Part shown: positions 8,745-17,632 of the stretch, piece by piece
Layout: every line of letters starts with the position of its first letter
How positions within the stretch are numbered: the first letter of the stretch is position 1
DNA from: Capsulimonadales bacterium
GTDB lineage: Bacteria > Armatimonadota > Armatimonadia > Armatimonadales > Armatimonadaceae
NCBI GenBank assembly: GCA_033762295.1
Contig: JANRLW010000026.1
Location: forward strand, 1-33,126
Reading direction: 5' to 3'
DNA length: 33,126 nucleotides
Notes under the pieces: generated by a model
The model's input: only the letters and a program-made list of their open reading frames with translations
Databases searched by the model: none
Told to the model about the DNA's origin: nothing
Position numbers and translations under genes: made by a program

Positions 8745-10025
8745 ATGCCGAAACGAATGATTCTTTTTCTCGCAGCCCTGCTGGCGCTGATGACCGTGCC
8801 GGGAACGGCCTCGGCGCATTTCATCTGGGCGATCGTGGAAAACCGCCAGGTGCGCTTCGCGTTGCAGGAAAACGTCGCCGAACCGCCCAGCGCGAAGTTT
8901 GAAAAGTATGTGGCGAACCTGACGGTGCAATCCGGCGGCAAACCGCTGACGCTCGGTTCGGCGAAGGAGGGAGCGCGGTACGCCACCCTCCCCGACGGGC
9001 AGGAGACCGCCGTGGGCGAAGCGGTCGTCGGCATCAAGGAACGCGAGGGGGAGACCTACCTGCTCGTGTACCATGCCCGTGGCGCGGCTTCGCTCGCGGC
9101 GGCGGGCGGGTCGAGCGGTTCGTACGCCGAACTGACGGCCAGGGCGGACCGCAACGACATGACCGTTACCCTCCGACAGGAGACGTGGCCGGTTCCGGAC
9201 GCCGAAATCTGGGTGCAGTGGCCCGGCGAGGAGACTCCGCGCAGCTATCGGACCGACCTCAAAGGCGAAGCCCGCCTGCCGATGGGGTCCGACGCGGCGA
9301 CGCGCGGCGGTTATATCGGACTTCGCGCCCTGGTGAAGGAGACCCGCGCGGGCGAGACGGAGGGCAAACGATATACCGCCGTTCATCACTGGGCGACCCT
9401 GACCTTCCCCGTGGCGCCTGCCGCCGGGGAGACTGCGGCGGAACAGCCCCTTCGACGGGTGCTCCGGGCGTCCTTCGGGAATCGACACGAGGAAGCGGGC
9501 CGGATGGCTTTTAACCAGGCGGTTTTTTCCGGGAAACTGACCCGACCGCAACTGATCGTCCACCTGCAGCAGCGGGCATTGATCCATAACGAGATCCATC
9601 GCATCCTGGCGGAGGTCGGAGCCGGCGAATCGCTCCCCTATGGCGAAGCCCAGAAGCAGGTTCTGCGGCTGCTGTTCGACGATCTTCTGCGACTGGGTCC
9701 GGGCTGGCCGACCGAGGCGCAGGCTCGTCCTCTCACCCGTGCGTTTCTGGACGAGATTCGCGCCAGCGAAAAGAACGGACCCTACTTCGCTCTCGGCGTC
9801 TTTCATGTCTACTATGGCGGGACGACCAACGGTGGCCGGATGATCGGCGCCAGGATCGGCGAGACCGTCGGGTTCCTCCCCACGTACTACGAAAAGAGCG
9901 ACGGCTATTCGCAGTACCTGGACGGGGTTGATCGCATCCACGATCCGAAGGCGCGGGCGGAGATGATCCGTGGCGGACAGGCCGCGTACCGGTATATTCT
10001 CGCCTTCGGCAACGAACCGCTCTGA
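8745..10025 (+). CDS. Exported protein: DUF4198-like N-terminal domain fused to a heme-oxygenase-like C-terminal domain
   Basis: Signal peptide ending ASA|HFIW; first domain ends HHWATLTF; from about 9450 LR....RHEEAG..F....SGKLTR...LL.DDL..LG...FHVYYGGTTNGGRMI parallels HO-1/HemO motifs. Confidence 0.7.
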   Translation: MPKRMILFLAALLALMTVPGTASAHFIWAIVENRQVRFALQENVAEPPSAKFEKYVANLTVQSGGKPLTLGSAKEGARYATLPDGQETAVGEAVVGIKEREGETYLLVYHARGAASLAAAGGSSGSYAELTARADRNDMTVTLRQETWPVPDAEIWVQWPGEETPRSYRTDLKGEARLPMGSDAATRGGYIGLRALVKETRAGETEGKRYTAVHHWATLTFPVAPAAGETAAEQPLRRVLRASFGNRHEEAGRMAFNQAVFSGKLTRPQLIVHLQQRALIHNEIHRILAEVGAGESLPYGEAQKQVLRLLFDDLLRLGPGWPTEAQARPLTRAFLDEIRASEKNGPYFALGVFHVYYGGTTNGGRMIGARIGETVGFLPTYYEKSDGYSQYLDGVDRIHDPKARAEMIRGGQAAYRYILAFGNEPL

Positions 10026-10067
10026 TCGAAAGGCCCCCGCCCGGACCCGGAAGTATCGGCGGATCTC

Positions 10068-10096
10068 TTGACAGGTTTTCGTCCTTTGGTTATCTT
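10068..10096 (+). promoter_or_regulatory. Promoter TTGACA-N17-TATCTT, 7 nt upstream of the ATG at 10104
   Basis: Consensus -35 and spacing seen directly. Confidence 0.65.
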
Positions 10097-10103
10097 TATT
10101 CCG

Positions 10104-11153
10104 ATGACGTCCCTGTTCCGAAATATGATCCGACATTCCCTTTTCCTGGCGGGGGTACTGATGTCCATCTCGTCTCTCTCCGGCACGGCGCAAGCGCAGA
10201 CACCCTACTCGCAGATGCCGAAACGCCGTTCGCTTTCGGTCACCACGACCTGCGCTCTGACCGATGTGCCGTCCGACGCCCGTCAAATCGACCTCTGGAT
10301 TCCGGTCTTCTCCGAAAATGACCGCCAGACCGTACGCCTTGTGACCACCGATCTTCAGGGCGGACGGATCACTCGCGATCCGAAGTTCGGCAACCGGATG
10401 CTGTACCGCCGTATCACCGACCCGGCGAAGGAGCTGACGAACGGCACTCTGACGATCGTCCTGAGTTACGAGGTCGAAATCCGCGAGCAGGTCGTCGCCG
10501 CCGCCAAAACGCTTCCCTCGACCGTCAAGGTCGCCCCGGACAGGGCACTCGATCCGTACCTGGGCGACTGGAACCTGATCCCGATCGCCGGGCCGATCAC
10601 CGAACTGGCCGCCCGGATCGATCTTCCCAAAGGCGAACCGTTGCGGGCGGGCCGCCGCATCTACGACTACCTGATCGATACGATGCCCTATAACTATCGC
10701 GCGCCCGGCGCCGGTCGGGGCGACGCCGTCTGGGCCTGTGACAGCAAAACCGGTGACTGTTCCGACTATCATTCGGTCTTCATCGGGGTCAGCCGCTCGC
10801 TCGGAATACCGGCGGATCATGTCTTCGGCGTGCCGTTCAGTCCGGACAAGCCCTCCGGCGAAACCGCGTACTACCATTGCTGGGCACGCTTCTGGGTCGG
10901 CGGCATCGGCTGGGTGCCGGTGGACGCCTCGGAAGCCGACAAGCACCCGACCGAGCGCGATTATCTTTTCGGCTCCCTCAGTACCCGTTGCCTCGAACTG
11001 TCGCACGGACGCGATATCGTTCTTGAACCGCGTCAGGCCGGGGAACCGCTCAACACGTTCGTCAAGCCCCTGGCGGAGGTCGACGGCAAACCGTTCGCCG
11101 GTGTCCGATGGAGTTGCGCCTACGGCGAACGGACGGATGCCGGTTCGCCGTGA
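10104..11153 (+). CDS. Secreted transglutaminase-like (Cys-His-Asp) protein
   Basis: Signal peptide ending AQA; GDCSDYH, YHCWARF and WVPVDAS motifs; alternative start at 10125. Confidence 0.85.
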   Translation: MTSLFRNMIRHSLFLAGVLMSISSLSGTAQAQTPYSQMPKRRSLSVTTTCALTDVPSDARQIDLWIPVFSENDRQTVRLVTTDLQGGRITRDPKFGNRMLYRRITDPAKELTNGTLTIVLSYEVEIREQVVAAAKTLPSTVKVAPDRALDPYLGDWNLIPIAGPITELAARIDLPKGEPLRAGRRIYDYLIDTMPYNYRAPGAGRGDAVWACDSKTGDCSDYHSVFIGVSRSLGIPADHVFGVPFSPDKPSGETAYYHCWARFWVGGIGWVPVDASEADKHPTERDYLFGSLSTRCLELSHGRDIVLEPRQAGEPLNTFVKPLAEVDGKPFAGVRWSCAYGERTDAGSP

Positions 11154-12913
11154 TCGTCGTTCCGCTCTGTCTGCTGGCGATACTGACGATGTCCACGGAT
11201 ACCTTCGCAGACCCGGAAACCCTGGCGGCGCGGGATCGGCATGGAGAACCGGCGATCACCGCACCCCTTTTGCGGCAGTATCGCGCCCTCTCTCCCGTGG
11301 AGCCGCCCGCCTGGAAACCGCTCGACGCTCGCTGGCAGTTCGCGCTGGGCGATCCGGCGGAGGGTTTGAATGTCGCCCCCGATCGGATGCCGACCCGGCG
11401 TGAGGAGGTGACGTTGCCGCAGCGTCGCCTGCACGCGGACACACCCTACTGGTACCTGACGGAAATCCCCATCGCCACGCCCTCCGTCCTCTCGATCTCC
11501 GCCGACGACGGCGCGCAGCTCTTTGCGAACGGGCAACGGATTCCGATCCGGGGCGATTATTTTCCGGTTGCCGCGGCAGAGGGCAAGACCCGGCTGATCG
11601 TTCGCGTTCTGAACAAGGCGCTGTACGGCGGGTTGGAGGGAGTGCGGATCGTGCCGCGATCCGATTTCGATCGTTATCAGTCGGCGCTCACCCGGCGTTC
11701 CCGTCTGGATGCCCTGGTGCGCAAGGTCCGTCTGCTGCAATCCCCGACCCGCGAGCAAGTCTCGACCGTGGAACGGGCGGTTCGCGACGAAACGGACGGC
11801 TCTTTGGACACGGGGGAACGTCTCCTGGCCGCCCTGCCGCTGACCGTGATCGGACCGTATCTGCAGGACGCCGGTTCGGATCGGATGACCGTCGTCTGGG
11901 AGACGGATGTTCCCTGTGCCGCCACGCTTACCTGGTCGGAGGAGGGCGGTTCCGAGCAAACCCTGTCCGCGGTTTCGGAAAAGAATCTGCACGTCGTTTC
12001 CATGACCGGGCTGCGGGCTGGCACAACCTACCGTTACCGGACACGTTCCGGCGGCGTCACCGGGCGGGAGTTTCGCTTCCGGACGCTCCCTGCGGACGGC
12101 GACTTTGCCTTCACCGTCTGGTCGGACTCCCATGCCAACGAACGTCCCGGCGGCAACAACGAGGTCTTCCGCCAGAATGTCCGTGCGATGTCCCGATGGC
12201 CGATCGCCTTCTCGGTCGGAACCGGCGACCTGGTCGAACAGGGTCACCGTCCCGGCCCCTGGCGCGCCTTTTTCGAATCGCTTTCCCCGCTCTGCGCCGA
12301 GACACCGGTGATGCTGGTTGGCGGCAATCACGATTACGATGGCTGTTTCGAGGACCTGCGTCCGGTCCACTTCGAACGTTACGCCCGCACCCGTCCGAAA
12401 CCTCAGTACTACGCCTGGACGGCCGGCAACGCCCGGTTCGTCGCTCTGGACCCGAACGAGCACTTCCCGACCGGGATTCCGGCCGGTTCGGAGCAGCATC
12501 GCTGGCTGATGCGCGAACTGGAATCCGCGGACTGGAAGCAGGCCACCTGGCGGTTCCTCTTTCTCCATCAGCCGCCGTACTCTCAGGGATGGGCGGAGTA
12601 TCACGGCGACCTGCCGTTGCGGGAGTTGTTCGACCCGCTGATCGAGAAGTACGGAATCGATTTCATCGTCTCCGGACATACCCACGACTACGAGCGATGG
12701 ACGCGCACCTATGGCCGTCAGAGGGTGACCTTTTTGATCGTGGGCACGGCGGGCGGCGGGTTGGAGGAGGAAGCGATGTCGGCGGAACCGGTCATGGATC
12801 GGGTGATTCGCCGCCACGGCTTCGGGCTTTTCCGGCTATCGGGGAACCGGGTAAGCTTCGAAGCGATCGCGACGGACACGCGGGTCCTGGATCGCTTCGA
12901 AGCGAGCAAGTAG
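11150..12913 (+). CDS. Secreted calcineurin-like metallophosphoesterase (purple-acid-phosphatase-like) with N-terminal beta-sandwich domains
   Basis: DSH, GDLV, GNHD, LHQPPYS and GHTH motifs; GPYLQ...VVWET FN3-like module; GTG overlaps the upstream TGA (GTGA coupling); hydrophobic N-terminus. Confidence 0.88.
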   Translation: MIVVPLCLLAILTMSTDTFADPETLAARDRHGEPAITAPLLRQYRALSPVEPPAWKPLDARWQFALGDPAEGLNVAPDRMPTRREEVTLPQRRLHADTPYWYLTEIPIATPSVLSISADDGAQLFANGQRIPIRGDYFPVAAAEGKTRLIVRVLNKALYGGLEGVRIVPRSDFDRYQSALTRRSRLDALVRKVRLLQSPTREQVSTVERAVRDETDGSLDTGERLLAALPLTVIGPYLQDAGSDRMTVVWETDVPCAATLTWSEEGGSEQTLSAVSEKNLHVVSMTGLRAGTTYRYRTRSGGVTGREFRFRTLPADGDFAFTVWSDSHANERPGGNNEVFRQNVRAMSRWPIAFSVGTGDLVEQGHRPGPWRAFFESLSPLCAETPVMLVGGNHDYDGCFEDLRPVHFERYARTRPKPQYYAWTAGNARFVALDPNEHFPTGIPAGSEQHRWLMRELESADWKQATWRFLFLHQPPYSQGWAEYHGDLPLRELFDPLIEKYGIDFIVSGHTHDYERWTRTYGRQRVTFLIVGTAGGGLEEEAMSAEPVMDRVIRRHGFGLFRLSGNRVSFEAIATDTRVLDRFEASK

Positions 12914-12935
12914 TTTCGCCGTTATTATCCGGGGC

Positions 12936-13673
12936 TTACTGCGGACAGTTGGCGTGCCACGGGGTGCGCGCCGGGTTCGGCAGGGGGATCGGATACTGGC
13001 GCATCAGATCGACGCCGGTGTACGGCAGGCCGCAGGGGTCCTTCATCAGCGCCCCCTTGCTCATCCACTTGGCGTGACCGTCGAAGAAGACGCAGATCGC
13101 GCCGCCACTGTGTCGGTCCATGGCGAGGACCGGGATATTGGTCGGCGGCGTATTCGTCTTCGGGTACAGGTTTTTCGGCGGCTCGTACCAGGAGTCGTCG
13201 AAGACGCCGTTTTTCTCCGTCACGACGATTATATCGGCCGGAAACTCCACCTGGGCCAGCGTCAGGCTTTCCGCCGCCCGGTTGGCGACATAGGAGCGGG
13301 GCTTCATGTCGGTGCTGTTCGGAGTGCGCAGGCTGTCGGACGGGCAGACCAGCAGGTCGCGGGAGTTGGTGGTGTAGGGAATGATCTGGTTCCACCAGCG
13401 GTTGGCCGCGTTGGCCCCGAGCGGTCCGGACGTATTCGAGCGGGAATAGTCCACGTTATGGCCGAAGAAGAAGATCCGCTCATCGTAATCCATGTAGTAC
13501 ATGGTCAGTCCGAGCGCGAGTTGCCGCGCATTGGACAGACAGGTGGTCTGGCGCGCTTTTTCGCGGGCCTGGGCGAAGACCGGGAAAAGGATGGCCGCCA
13601 GTATCGCAATTATGGCGATGACAACGAGCAGCTCGATCAGCGTGAACCCGGATTTACGGGTGACATTGCGCAT
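12936..13673 (-). CDS. Prepilin-type/H-X9-DG protein (DUF1559-like)
   Basis: [55 protein letters not shown]. Confidence 0.92.
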   Translation of the reverse strand: MRNVTRKSGFTLIELLVVIAIIAILAAILFPVFAQAREKARQTTCLSNARQLALGLTMYYMDYDERIFFFGHNVDYSRSNTSGPLGANAANRWWNQIIPYTTNSRDLLVCPSDSLRTPNSTDMKPRSYVANRAAESLTLAQVEFPADIIVVTEKNGVFDDSWYEPPKNLYPKTNTPPTNIPVLAMDRHSGGAICVFFDGHAKWMSKGALMKDPCGLPYTGVDLMRQYPIPLPNPARTPWHANCPQ

Positions 13674-13694
13674 AAAGTCTCGTGCCTTTCGGGA

Positions 13695-14432
13695 TTACGG
13701 GGTATTTGCGAGCGGAAGAAACCATTTATCCGGCGGCGTCTGGTCGGTGTAGAACTGATTCAGCCGGAGCGGTTTGACATGTCCGTCCATGAACGACAGG
13801 GTGACGCGGTCAAAGTGACGTGCGGCCGGACGAGCGTCGTCGTCGTCGTTGGCGGGAAAACTGGGCGCGGTCAGCTTGTAGGTATCCGGACGGCTTGTTT
13901 TCAGGTCATCCGCCGTGCCGACCTCGCCGATCATGACGGTGTCGACGGGATGATCGAAGGCAGCGAGCGTGACCACGTTCGTCCGCAGGTCATCGGGGTC
14001 GGTCAGGTCCGGGAACGTAATCTCGTTCAGGCCGTAGGAGTTCTTTTTCGCCTGGGAATCGGAAGGACATAATCGCACCGGATCGTTTTTGATATACGGG
14101 GCAACGAGGTCGGGCCAGAGGATCGCGTGTTCGTCGTCCTCCTCTTCCTCTTCTTCCTCCTCTTCCTCCTCTTCCTCCTCCTCATGTTCGCCCGGAATGG
14201 CGACGGGCGGCAAGACCTCGTCATAATCCTGCGCGTACATCAGGACGCCGAGGGACAGCTGCCGGACATTGCTGGTGCAGGTGATGGCGCGGGCGCGTTC
14301 CCGCGCCTGAGCGAAAACGGGAAACAGGATGGCCGCCAGTATCGCGATGATGGCGATGACGACGAGCAGTTCGATCAAAGTGAAGGCGCGAATCACCGGG
14401 GATATCGGCCGCGCGAGCGGGATTTGACGCAT
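13695..14432 (-). CDS. Prepilin-type/H-X9-DG protein (DUF1559-like) with a poly-Glu insert
   Basis: A|FTLIELL..., [34 protein letters not shown] before the ATG at 14432. Confidence 0.92.
   Translation of the reverse strand: MRQIPLARPISPVIRAFTLIELLVVIAIIAILAAILFPVFAQARERARAITCTSNVRQLSLGVLMYAQDYDEVLPPVAIPGEHEEEEEEEEEEEEEEEDDEHAILWPDLVAPYIKNDPVRLCPSDSQAKKNSYGLNEITFPDLTDPDDLRTNVVTLAAFDHPVDTVMIGEVGTADDLKTSRPDTYKLTAPSFPANDDDDARPAARHFDRVTLSFMDGHVKPLRLNQFYTDQTPPDKWFLPLANTP
14139..14183 (-). repeat. (GAR)15 trinucleotide run encoding 15 consecutive Glu
   Basis: Counted directly; mixed GAG/GAA codons. Confidence 0.95.
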
Positions 14433-14499
14433 ATCGAACCCTCCCTCCGTTGACGCTGCCCGTTGTGAGGACAGGGGGCATGCTTTGAGGACTTGCCCC

Positions 14500-14542
14500 A
14501 TTATAACCGAAAACCGCTTGATTGTCGTTAAGGAAACGTTAA
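14500..14542 (-). promoter_or_regulatory. TATAAT -10 with an 11-bp-period direct repeat TTAACG-N5-TTAACG over the -35 region (PhoB/OmpR-type box)
   Basis: Minus-strand TATAAT 14500-14505; plus-strand CGTTAA at 14526-14531 and 14537-14542. Confidence 0.5.
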
Positions 14543-14776
14543 ATTGTCATGGCCGGCGCGTCTCGAAAAAGGGTGGCGATCGGCGGGCGAATCGGATAGG
14601 CTATATTGTGCGAAGTGCGGGGTACGCCTTTCCCCGCCGGTATTTGAACCGACAGTTTTTGCGATCGCGTCCTCATACGGTGTCGGGAACCCTCCTGACC
14701 CGCTTTTGGCCCCTCGTTTTCCTGTTCGCTCCCATGCTGCACGAAACTCATAAAGGATGCAGAAAGGAACCGTCAG

Positions 14777-15160
<384 letters not shown>

Positions 15161-15168
15161 CCTCGTCT

Positions 15169-15248
15169 GAAAGCCGAACTTCGGCTTTCGACCGGATAGA
15201 ACGATTCGTACCGGCAGGGACACGTCGTCCCTGCCGGTACGTCGTTTT
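15169..15248 (+). terminator. Two hairpins after the RRM gene; the second is a probable intrinsic terminator
   Basis: GAAAGCCGAA/TTCGGCTTTC, then a 15-bp stem 15207-15221/15227-15241 followed by TCGTTTT. Confidence 0.6.
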
Positions 15249-15305
15249 GCAGGTGCGCCTTTCAGGGCGCGGGGAACGCTCCGGTTCGCCGCAGCGCCCG
15301 GAAAG

Positions 15306-16361
15306 GTGATTCCCTCGGTGGCAACGCCCGATAAAACGTGCCCGTCCGGTGACGGGAAATTCTCTCTTCGGAGCCGGAATCGGGTCCGGGAGTTGTGGCA
15401 GCGAACGACGGTCCTCCTGATGGTCGCGGCGGCCTTCCCTCTCAGAATCTGTTCGCCGTCTCTTTCCGGTCGGATCGGCATCGGTCTCGGAAAACTCGCC
15501 TACCGGATCGCCCGGCGGCACCGTCGCCGCGCCTGTGCGAACCTTCATCTGGCCTACGGCGAGGCGATGAGCCGACAGGAACGCGAGAACCTGACCTGCC
15601 GTGTCTTCCAGCATTTCGGCCGATGCGTGGTCGAATTCGTGCGTGGCCCCGCCCTGACCGAGGCCGAGTTTTCACGGATGGTGACCTGTGAGGGCTGGGA
15701 GCATATCGAATCCGCCCGTGCCGGCGGCAAGGGCGTGCTGATGTTTACCGGCCATATCGGAAACTGGGAGATTCTGGGCCGCTGGCTGGCCGGTGTTCGC
15801 CGGTTGCCCCTGACGGTGGTCGCGAAGGACCCGAAAAGCCCCGCTCTGGCCCGTTATCTCCGGGCGATGCGGGAGGGCGCCGGGTTTGCCGTTCTCAGCA
15901 AAGGAGAATCCGCCCGTTCCCTGCTCCGCGTGCTTCGACGCGGCGAGGCCGTTTGTCTGCTGGCCGATCAGAACAGCGCGGACCTCTTTACCCCGTTTTT
16001 CGGCATCCCGACCGGAACCGTCGCCGGCCCGGCGACCCTGGCGCTGCATGCGGGGGTCGCGCTGGTGCCGATCTTCTGCGTTCGAAAACCGGACGGGTCG
16101 TTTCTGGTACGCTGCCTGCCGGCGCTGCCGGTGTCCGCCGGGTCGGAGTCCGGGGACCGGGTTTTGCAGTTGACTGCGGCGATGAATCTGTCGTTGGAAC
16201 GGATGATCCGCGAGTACCCCGACCAGTGGCTCTGGCTGCACAACCGCTGGAAATCGGCCTTTGAGGAGCGGAATACGGACCGCGCCTGGTCTACGGATGC
16301 AAAGGACGCCCTGGCAAACGGCGGTTTCGAGGAGGCCAGACGACGGTGGCAGGGTCGCTAG
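15306..16361 (+). CDS. Lysophospholipid/lipid A acyltransferase (LpxL/HtrB family)
   Basis: GHIGNWE, LLADQ, PFFG and IREYPDQWLWLHNRWK motifs; start uncertain. Confidence 0.9.
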   Translation: MIPSVATPDKTCPSGDGKFSLRSRNRVRELWQRTTVLLMVAAAFPLRICSPSLSGRIGIGLGKLAYRIARRHRRRACANLHLAYGEAMSRQERENLTCRVFQHFGRCVVEFVRGPALTEAEFSRMVTCEGWEHIESARAGGKGVLMFTGHIGNWEILGRWLAGVRRLPLTVVAKDPKSPALARYLRAMREGAGFAVLSKGESARSLLRVLRRGEAVCLLADQNSADLFTPFFGIPTGTVAGPATLALHAGVALVPIFCVRKPDGSFLVRCLPALPVSAGSESGDRVLQLTAAMNLSLERMIREYPDQWLWLHNRWKSAFEERNTDRAWSTDAKDALANGGFEEARRRWQGR

Positions 16362-16380
16362 GTCGGAACCCGGAAGGCGC

Positions 16381-17106
16381 TTACCGGGGGCGGGTCGAGC
16401 GCAAAACGGAGAGAAAGACGTCGCCGTAATCCAGGTTGACCATATCCGCGCCCCGCTCGATAATCTGCCGGAAGCCGGCAGGATCGTTCGGCATATGGAT
16501 CACCATCAATTTCATCTTGCGATCATGGCAGGCTGCCAGTGTCTCCGGGGTCAGGTGCTTCAAACCGATCTCGATGATGTCCGCGTGGTAGTCCCGCGCG
16601 GCGGCTTCGATCTCCGGCACGGTCGAGGCATTGATTTTCAGGGGCAAATCGGGAGCGAGACGTCGAAACTCCTTCGCTCGCGCCTCCTCGCCAAACCAGA
16701 AAAAGCACTCCTTCTCCATCTTCATTCTTCGGACCAGGGCGATCAGGGTCGGCAGGTCGGCATCCTTGACATCGAAGAAGATTTTCGCCTTCCCCTTGAT
16801 CCACTTCAAATAGGGTTCCAGACGGGGCAGCGGTTCGCCGGCAAAGCGGGAATGGAACCAGCTTCCGGCGTCCAGCTTATCGATCTCGGCGGACGTGAGT
16901 TCGCGCAGCGGCCCCTTGCCGTTGGTGGTGCGATCGACGGTCGGATCATGCAGGAGGTACATCACGCGGTCCTTGCTGGTGCGGACATCCACTTCAACAT
17001 AATCCACGCCCCACTCGATACACTTCTGCGCCGCCGCGCGGGTATTTTCCGGAGCGACCTTATTCGCGCCTCGATGACAGACAACCTCGACCGCATTTCG
17101 CATCAT
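16381..17106 (-). CDS. Glycerophosphodiester phosphodiesterase
   Basis: HRGANKVAPENT, VEVDVRTSKD, HDPTVDRTT. Confidence 0.92.
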   Translation of the reverse strand: MMRNAVEVVCHRGANKVAPENTRAAAQKCIEWGVDYVEVDVRTSKDRVMYLLHDPTVDRTTNGKGPLRELTSAEIDKLDAGSWFHSRFAGEPLPRLEPYLKWIKGKAKIFFDVKDADLPTLIALVRRMKMEKECFFWFGEEARAKEFRRLAPDLPLKINASTVPEIEAAARDYHADIIEIGLKHLTPETLAACHDRKMKLMVIHMPNDPAGFRQIIERGADMVNLDYGDVFLSVLRSTRPR

Positions 17107-17206
17107 GTCTCGATTGTACCCTGAAGGAGGGGGCGGATGTCTGCCGGAAATCGATGGAAAATCGCCAAGGAGAAGAAGTTGGAGGGAAACGAAAGGGGTT
17201 AATAAG

Positions 17207-17279
17207 TGGAGGATAGCGGGATCGAACCGCTGACCTCTTCAATGCCATTGAAGCGCTCTCCCAGCTGAGCTAATCCCCC
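17207..17279 (-). tRNA. tRNA-Ala(GGC), CCA not encoded
   Basis: GGGGGATTAGCTCAGCTGGGAGAGCGCTTCAATGGCATTGAAGAGGTCAGCGGTTCGATCCCGCTATCCTCCA: cloverleaf, G3-U70 pair, GGC anticodon. Confidence 0.97.
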
Positions 17280-17313
17280 CTATTCGGTTTCGGTCGATGA
17301 AATCGACCCTCCT

Positions 17314-17342
17314 AAAATACCATGGCTTCCCGACCCCTGCAA
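17314..17342 (-). promoter_or_regulatory. tRNA promoter TTGCAG-N17-TATTTT
   Basis: Near-consensus boxes with a 17-nt spacer upstream of the tRNA. Confidence 0.55.
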
Positions 17343-17394
17343 GGGTCGCTACCGCCTTCACCGGCGAATAATCGCGGATTTCGACGCGTTCTCC

Positions 17395-17423
17395 TTGACG
17401 TTCGACGCCGGGAGCCGTAAAAT
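17395..17423 (+). promoter_or_regulatory. infC operon promoter TTGACG-N17-TAAAAT
   Basis: Near-consensus boxes with a 17-nt spacer. Confidence 0.7.
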
Positions 17424-17632
17424 ACTCTGCTTCGTCCATAATGTGACCGGGGTTCATTCCGATCTCCCGGTCCCGGCGTCCCGCAGATTCCGTCTGCCGG
17501 GGCGTTTCGTTTGTCGTCAGGACATCGTTTGCCGTGCGGACGGCGGCAGCGTGTCAGTCTACTTCCGGTCGCCGGGGTTCGTTCGGACCCGTGATCCGGC
17601 GGCGAGGAGGTAATTGCAGCAGGAGGCTAGTA

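Noticed and set aside
8637..11006. Long antisense ORFs (also 19366-21555, 22221-24011, 11120-12817, 28766-30265)
   Set aside because: Shadow frames of well-supported genes, expected at high GC; no recognisable motifs
17207..17279. tRNA as a possible integration site for an island
   Set aside because: No integrase and no duplicated tRNA 3' end noticed in the window
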